This document shows, one piece after another, positions 58,983 through 64,000 of a stretch of DNA of 64,000 bases. The notes beneath the pieces were generated by a model that ran no database searches, was not told where the DNA came from, and was given only the letters and a program-made list of their open reading frames with translations. The translations under genes and the position numbers were made by a program. Source of the stretch: Burkholderiales bacterium. Its GTDB lineage: Bacteria > Pseudomonadota > Gammaproteobacteria > Burkholderiales > SG8-41. The number at the start of each line of letters is the position of its first letter. The first letter of the stretch is position 1. The stretch spans positions 4,726-68,725 of the forward strand of contig JBFWOE010000003.1 of assembly GCA_050250695.1 (NCBI GenBank). The letters are read 5' to 3'.

Positions 58983-59918
58983 TCACCACAATTTCATGCC
59001 AAATGCCTCTTTGAAGCGGTCCGCGGCTTCGTCGCGGCCGAACCGGTGGTTCTGGCCGCCGCGGCTGGCAATCTTCAGCGAACCCATCAGCGAAGCGAGG
59101 CGTCCGCTCAACGCCCAGTCGACACCGGCTGCCAGCCCATAGAGCAACCCAGCCCGGAAAGCATCACCGCACCCGGTCGGATCAAGCACCGCTTCGGGTT
59201 TAACGCTTGGAATTTCGATCTGTTGACCCCCGGCATGCACCACAGCACCGCGTGCACCCAATGTGACCACGATGGCATCGACGAGTTTCGCCAGTTCCTC
59301 AAGTTTCCGCCCGGTGCGCTCCTGCAGCATCTGCGCTTCGTAGTCGTTGACCGTGACATATTGCGCAAGCCGCACGAATTCCGTCAGTTCCGCGCCGCTG
59401 AACATCGGCAGCCCCTGACCGGGGTCGAATATGAACGGTATGCCGGCCTCGTGAAACTCGCGTGCGTGCTGGAGCATGCCTTCGCGGCCATCCGGTGCAA
59501 CTATGCCCAGCCTGATGCCCTTGGCGTCGCCGACATGGTTCTCGTGGGCATGATTCATCGCTCCCGGATGGAAGGCGGTGATCTGGTTATCGTCGAGATC
59601 AGTGGTAATGAACGCCTGCGCGGTAAAGCTGCCGGGGACGCTGCGGATATGGTCTTGCACGAGGCCAAGACGCTGCAGGCGGTCGTCGTACGGCGCGAAA
59701 TCATCACCGACGGTGGCCATGATGCGCGCATCGCCGCCGAGCATCTGCAGCGTATAGGCGATATTCCCGGCGCAACCCCCAAACTCGCGCCGCATGTCGG
59801 GCACCAGAAAAGCCACGTTGAGTATGTGCAACTGGTCCGGAAGTATGTGATTCCGGAACCGGTCGCGGAACACCATGATGGTGTCGTACGCCATCGAACC
59901 GCAGATCAATATGGACAT
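58983..59918 (-). CDS. PfkB-family carbohydrate/nucleoside kinase
   Basis: 'ICGSMAYDTIM', 'GGCAGNIAYTL' and 'DPTGCGDAFRAG' match the family. I trimmed the start to the ATG at 59918. Confidence 0.85.
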   Translation of the reverse strand: MSILICGSMAYDTIMVFRDRFRNHILPDQLHILNVAFLVPDMRREFGGCAGNIAYTLQMLGGDARIMATVGDDFAPYDDRLQRLGLVQDHIRSVPGSFTAQAFITTDLDDNQITAFHPGAMNHAHENHVGDAKGIRLGIVAPDGREGMLQHAREFHEAGIPFIFDPGQGLPMFSGAELTEFVRLAQYVTVNDYEAQMLQERTGRKLEELAKLVDAIVVTLGARGAVVHAGGQQIEIPSVKPEAVLDPTGCGDAFRAGLLYGLAAGVDWALSGRLASLMGSLKIASRGGQNHRFGRDEAADRFKEAFGMKLW

Positions 59919-60062
59919 CGGATTTCGCCTTAAAGGGGATCGCGGATTATACCAACGCGCCCTGCCGTCGCCGGGCGGCGACGGCATGGTGCCCGACGCG
60001 CGGTTGATACATAATCTGCGGCGGGCACAATACAACCCCGGATAAGTCAGAGAGGACCCCAC

Positions 60063-60488
60063 ATGCTCAAGGAGTTCAAGGAATTCGCGATGCGCGGCAA
60101 TGTTGTCGACATGGCGGTCGGCATCATCATCGGCGCGGCATTCGGCAAGATCGTCGAGTCACTGGTCAAGGATGTCATCATGCCGCCGATCGGACTGCTG
60201 CTCGGCAAGGTCGACTTTTCCAATCTTTTCCTGGTGATGCGCGAGGGCACCACCGCCGGCCCTTACCTGACGGTGGATGCCGCGCAGAAGGCCGGGGCGG
60301 TGACGTTCAACTACGGCATGTTCATCAACACCTGCATCAGCTTTGTCATCGTTGCTTTTGCGGTATTCATGTTGATCCGTGCCATCAACCGCCTGAAGCG
60401 CAAGGAAGAAGAGGCGCCGGCGGCTCCCGCAGCGCCGGCGGAGGACATCGTGCTGCTGCGCGAAATCCGCGACGCCCTGAAGAAATAG
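60063..60488 (+). CDS. mscL: large-conductance mechanosensitive channel
   Basis: '[42 protein letters not shown]' matches MscL. Confidence 0.95.
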   Translation: MLKEFKEFAMRGNVVDMAVGIIIGAAFGKIVESLVKDVIMPPIGLLLGKVDFSNLFLVMREGTTAGPYLTVDAAQKAGAVTFNYGMFINTCISFVIVAFAVFMLIRAINRLKRKEEEAPAAPAAPAEDIVLLREIRDALKK

Positions 60489-60519
60489 AAACCGCTGCTA
60501 AAGCCGTTGCCTGGCCATC

Positions 60520-61746
60520 TCAGGCGACGGCATGGATCCCGGCCTCCGGACCCGGTGCGTCCTCGGCCAGGGTCAGCAGGGCCTGCTCGAACTCTGTCAC
60601 TATGCATGACCAGTCGAGTTTCGCAGTGGTTGCGCGCGCATTTTTTCCCAACAGCCCGATCCGCGACGGATCGCCGGCGAGGGCAACAGCAAGCTGCACG
60701 TAATCATCGGCGGCACCAAACGGCGCCAGCAGCCCGTTGACCGCATGGCGGATGTGCTGTTGTGCAGCGGCATAGTCATACGCCACCACCGCCAGCCCGC
60801 TGGCCATGGCCTCCACCGTGACGTTGCCGTAAGTCTCGGTCATGCTCGGAAACAGGAATATGTCGGCTGACGCGTAATGCGCGGCAAGATCCTCGCCGGT
60901 GCGCATGCCGGCAAACACCAGTTGCGGATTGTCGCGTTCAAGCCGGGCGCGTTCGGGACCGTCGCCGACCAGTACCAGCCGCAACTCCGGCCGGGCTACG
61001 CTCATCGCCGCATGGGCACGCAGGACCAGCGCCAGGTTTTTCTCCGGCGCAAGGCGCCCCACGTACAGGGCGACGGGGCGTTCATCGTGCACCCCCCATT
61101 CCGCGCGCAGCGCGGAACTGCGTCGTTCTGGATTGAACAACGCAGTATCCACCCCGCGGGCCACCACCTGCAGGTTGCGGAAACCCAGGGCAGCCAGCTC
61201 CAGGCGCAGGCTCTCCGTCGGCACCAGCGTGCTCAGCGCCTTGTTGTGGAATTTGCGCAGATACGCGGTGATCGGTGTCTTCAGCCAGCCGACGCCGTAG
61301 TGAGCGCTGTAACTGTGGAAGTTGGTATGAAAATCGGTAGTGACCGGCAGCCTGAGCTTGGCCGCAGCGGCCAGCGCGGACCAGCCCAGCGGGCCCTCGG
61401 TGACCACATGCACGATATCGGGACGATGCCTCGCCCACAGCCGGGTCAGCGCCTGTTTTGCCGGCAACCCAAGCTTCAGCGCATCGTAGCGGGGAATCGG
61501 CATCCCACGCTGCAGGACTTCCTCGAACTGCGGCTGCATCGCCGGACGCTCGCCCGGATGCTGGCGCGGACGCACCAGCTGTACCGTATGTCCACGCGAC
61601 TGCAGTCCGCTGACGATGCGCCCCATGGTCATCGCCACACCGTTGATTTCAGGCGGGTAGGTTTCGGTAACCATGGCCACGCGCAGTTTGCGCGCCGCGG
61701 CCGGATAGTGCTGCAACACGATGTCGGCGCCGTCCATGACGCGCAT
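60520..61746 (-). CDS. glycosyltransferase family 4 (GT-B) protein
   Basis: 'LRVAMVTETYPPEINGVA' and 'FLFPSMTETYGNVTVEAMASGLAVVA' (E-x7-E region) match. The start is uncertain between the ATG at 61746 and the one at 61800. Confidence 0.8.
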   Translation of the reverse strand: MRVMDGADIVLQHYPAAARKLRVAMVTETYPPEINGVAMTMGRIVSGLQSRGHTVQLVRPRQHPGERPAMQPQFEEVLQRGMPIPRYDALKLGLPAKQALTRLWARHRPDIVHVVTEGPLGWSALAAAAKLRLPVTTDFHTNFHSYSAHYGVGWLKTPITAYLRKFHNKALSTLVPTESLRLELAALGFRNLQVVARGVDTALFNPERRSSALRAEWGVHDERPVALYVGRLAPEKNLALVLRAHAAMSVARPELRLVLVGDGPERARLERDNPQLVFAGMRTGEDLAAHYASADIFLFPSMTETYGNVTVEAMASGLAVVAYDYAAAQQHIRHAVNGLLAPFGAADDYVQLAVALAGDPSRIGLLGKNARATTAKLDWSCIVTEFEQALLTLAEDAPGPEAGIHAVA

Positions 61747-61820
61747 CGTGATCCCCGAATGCGAATCTACAGTGAAATATTTGTGAAATTTACGAGACAA
61801 ACCATGGGCTTGCGCCCCGG

Positions 61821-62207
61821 TCAGGCCAGCAGCACCAGTCCCCAGACCAGCACTACATTGAACAGCGAAAGCATCACCGCTGCACTGCCTATGTCCTTGG
61901 CACGCTTCGCCAGCGCATGGTTCTCCAGCGAGATGCGGTCCACCGCCGCCTCGACCGCCGAATTCAGCAATTCGACGATCAGCACCAGCAGCACGGCACC
62001 GATCATCAGCGCCTTGCCGGTACCGCTCACCGGCAGGAACAGTGCGGTGGGTATCAGCATTACCGCGAGCAGCACCTCCTGCCGGAAAGCGTCCTCATGA
62101 CGATAAGCGGCGCGCAGGCCGGCGATGGAATAAAAAAATGCATTCCAGACGCGCCTGATCCCGGTTTTGCCCTTGTGCGGGCTTTCGGTGGGTTGTGTGC
62201 CGTCCAT
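61821..62207 (-). CDS. dgkA: diacylglycerol kinase
   Basis: 'GLRAAYRHEDAFRQE', 'IVELLNSAVEAAVDRIS' and 'AKDIGSAAV' match DgkA. The start could instead be the ATG at 62231. Confidence 0.88.
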   Translation of the reverse strand: MDGTQPTESPHKGKTGIRRVWNAFFYSIAGLRAAYRHEDAFRQEVLLAVMLIPTALFLPVSGTGKALMIGAVLLVLIVELLNSAVEAAVDRISLENHALAKRAKDIGSAAVMLSLFNVVLVWGLVLLA

Positions 62208-62278
62208 GCCGCCATGCTCCCCGTTCTTCATCCGATGCAAGCAGGGCATTGCGCCCGGCCGCACCGGCACCATGTCAT

Positions 62279-62779
62279 TTATTTCAATGCCGCCAGCGCG
62301 GCGGCATAGTCGGGTTCCTGCTTGATTTCCGGAACCAGCTCGGCGTGCAGTACCTTGTTGTTTTCGTCGAGCACGACGACGCCGCGCGCGGTCAATCCGC
62401 GCAACGGGCCGTCCTGGATATCGACACCGTACTTGCCGTGAAAGTCCCGGTTGCGGAATGTCGACAGCGTGACCACGTCGTTGAGTCCTTCCGCCCCGCA
62501 GAACCGGCCCATTGCAAACGGCAGGTCGGCGGCGATCACCAGCACCGAAGTATTGCCTAGTTTTGTGGCTTCCGCGTTAAAAGTGCGCGTCGACGCCTGG
62601 CACACCGGCGTGTCCAGGCTGGGCACGATGTTCAGCACCTTGCGTTTGCCGGCGTAATCCTTGAGCCCGGTTTCTTTCAGATCCTTGGCAGTCAGCGTGA
62701 AATCCGGCGCGGTATCGCCTTTTTTCGGGAAATTGCCGGCAACCGTGATCGGGTTCCCGGCGAGGGTGACGGAAGGCAT
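62279..62779 (-). CDS. tpx: thiol peroxidase
   Basis: 'APDFTL' and '[12 protein letters not shown]' match, as does 'CGAEGL...[15 protein letters not shown]'. I trimmed the start to the ATG at 62779. Confidence 0.9.
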   Translation of the reverse strand: MPSVTLAGNPITVAGNFPKKGDTAPDFTLTAKDLKETGLKDYAGKRKVLNIVPSLDTPVCQASTRTFNAEATKLGNTSVLVIAADLPFAMGRFCGAEGLNDVVTLSTFRNRDFHGKYGVDIQDGPLRGLTARGVVVLDENNKVLHAELVPEIKQEPDYAAALAALK

Positions 62780-62867
62780 GACGAACTCCTTGTTATTGAA
62801 GGTTGGGAATGACGACGATAGAGATGACCAGTGCCCTGGAGCACTGCTGTGCACGTCCGGTTGCCGC

Positions 62868-63257
62868 TCAGTTTTTTTCTGCTTCGGCGATTTTCTGGTA
62901 TGCCGCAGCGTCCAGCAGTGCGTCGATTTCGGCCGGGTCACCGGGTTTCATGCGAAACATCCATGCCGAATATGGATCCTGATTCACTTTCTCCGGAGCA
63001 TCGCCCAGTTCGGCATTGGCGGCAACAATCTCGCCGGATACCGGCGCGTAAATGTCCGCGGCCGCCTTCACCGATTCGATCACCCCGCATTCTTCTCCCT
63101 GCCTGAGCTTGCGGCCCGGCGCCGGATTGTCGACAAACACCACGTCGCCGAGCATTTCCTGAGCGTGATCGGTAATGCCTATGGTGACTGTACCGTCGGA
63201 CTCACGGCGCACCCACTCGTGGCTGGCGGTGTATTTCAAATGTTCCGGTGTGCTCAT
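62868..63257 (-). CDS. gcvH: glycine cleavage system / lipoyl-carrier protein H
   Basis: '[10 protein letters not shown]', '[19 protein letters not shown]' and '[18 protein letters not shown]' (lipoyl-Lys) match GcvH. Confidence 0.9.
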   Translation of the reverse strand: MSTPEHLKYTASHEWVRRESDGTVTIGITDHAQEMLGDVVFVDNPAPGRKLRQGEECGVIESVKAAADIYAPVSGEIVAANAELGDAPEKVNQDPYSAWMFRMKPGDPAEIDALLDAAAYQKIAEAEKN

Positions 63258-63308
63258 CACGACTCCATGGATTGCGAATTTTATCAAAAAAAACAAATGC
63301 TTATAATG

Positions 63309-64000
63309 TTACCGTGCGGGCAGCACGGCCAGCCGGAATCCCGCTGCGCCGAGGTTGCCCGTCTCCAAGCCCATGCGTACGGTCAGTTCCGCGTTAGCGG
63401 CGATGCCCGCGTGCGGGTCGCGCCCGCTGCCCAAGTATTCATGCGGCAGGAATATGCGCCGGGCCAGCGTATGGTCATTGGCGTTGGTCAGCACCAGGTC
63501 AAGCGCAGGATAGGCAACATCATGGGGCGCGTGGTTGCGCAACGTCGCGGTCAACTGGATGCGGTCCGGCCGCGCCGGATCGATGGATTGCAGATCGGAA
63601 GCTTCGATCAGCAGCGATTTCGGACGCTGCGGCAGTTCCACGGTGCAGCCGAGTTCCGCGCACGCCGCTGCCAACCATGCCCGGGCCGGGCCGTGGCGCG
63701 CGGCAATTTCGCCGCGATAGAAATACACCACCTGCGCCGCCAGCCCGATCAGCAGCAGCAGGCAGGCTGCCCCCACCAGTACGCGACGCGGTGCAGGGGC
63801 TGGTGGCGCGGGCTCTTCACGCAGGAACGGATTTTCTTCGGCCCCGGCGCTGGCTGGTGCCGGTTCCGGCGCATGCAGTGGCATCGGCCCGGCAAATTCG
63901 GCCGGCTCCGGTTCAGCTGCCGACTGCGGTTCTTCCGGGGGCTCCGCCAGGGGTTCGATCACGGCGTCAGCGAGCGACGACAGTTCCGCGGTCGCTGCCG
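63309..64000 (-). CDS. DUF3426-type protein (Pro-rich linker, TM, C-terminal beta domain); the N-terminus probably lies beyond the window
   Basis: It has the TM segment 'VLVGAACLLLLIGLAAQVVYFY', and the C-terminal 'LQLTATLRNHAPHDVAYPALDLVLTNANDHTLARRIF.P.EY' fits DUF3426. The expected N-terminal zinc-ribbon is not in the window. Confidence 0.6.
   Translation of the reverse strand, partial: AATAELSSLADAVIEPLAEPPEEPQSAAEPEPAEFAGPMPLHAPEPAPASAGAEENPFLREEPAPPAPAPRRVLVGAACLLLLIGLAAQVVYFYRGEIAARHGPARAWLAAACAELGCTVELPQRPKSLLIEASDLQSIDPARPDRIQLTATLRNHAPHDVAYPALDLVLTNANDHTLARRIFLPHEYLGSGRDPHAGIAANAELTVRMGLETGNLGAAGFRLAVLPAR

Noticed and set aside
60877-62100. 407-aa plus-strand ORF
   Set aside because: It is antisense to the GT4 glycosyltransferase and dgkA.

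Overview
High-G+C proteobacterial chromosome segment. My hand counts of single 60-nt lines in core genes give about 63-73% G+C. Gene content and synteny look betaproteobacterial: pilT-pilU next to yggS-proC-yggT-yggU, ubiE-Tim44-like-ubiJ-ubiB, nadD-rsfS-rlmH-maf-rng, aceE-aceF, phoB-phoR, olsB-olsA, phaC and a PEP-CTERM protein. I support about 75 CDS, one tRNA-Arg(CCG), two rho-independent terminators and three candidate operator sites. I saw no rRNA, CRISPR array, IS, transposase or integrase. Most of the window is ordinary housekeeping DNA. The exception is a roughly 3-kb compositionally mosaic island at about 26.0-29.0 kb, between a THUMP RNA methyltransferase gene and a TauE/SafE exporter gene. 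The island carries a tightly overlapping three-gene operon on the minus strand. Its products are a 73-aa coiled-coil protein, a 327-aa protein with an Mrr-like PD-(D/E)xK motif set plus a C-terminal glycine-zipper hydrophobic segment, and a 312-aa coiled-coil protein with two topoisomerase-type Zn-ribbons. I do not recognise this operon as any named system and flag it as the best candidate for an undescribed conflict or defence module. Next to it lie a host-like high-G+C 3' remnant of an FMN-dependent alpha-hydroxy-acid dehydrogenase gene, an orphan higA with a possible decayed higB tail, and an AT-only stretch. That stretch forms an 18/19-nt direct repeat with a sequence inside the methyltransferase gene. 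All protein-family calls rest on motif recognition by eye from the supplied translations. No similarity search, HMM or folding was run.
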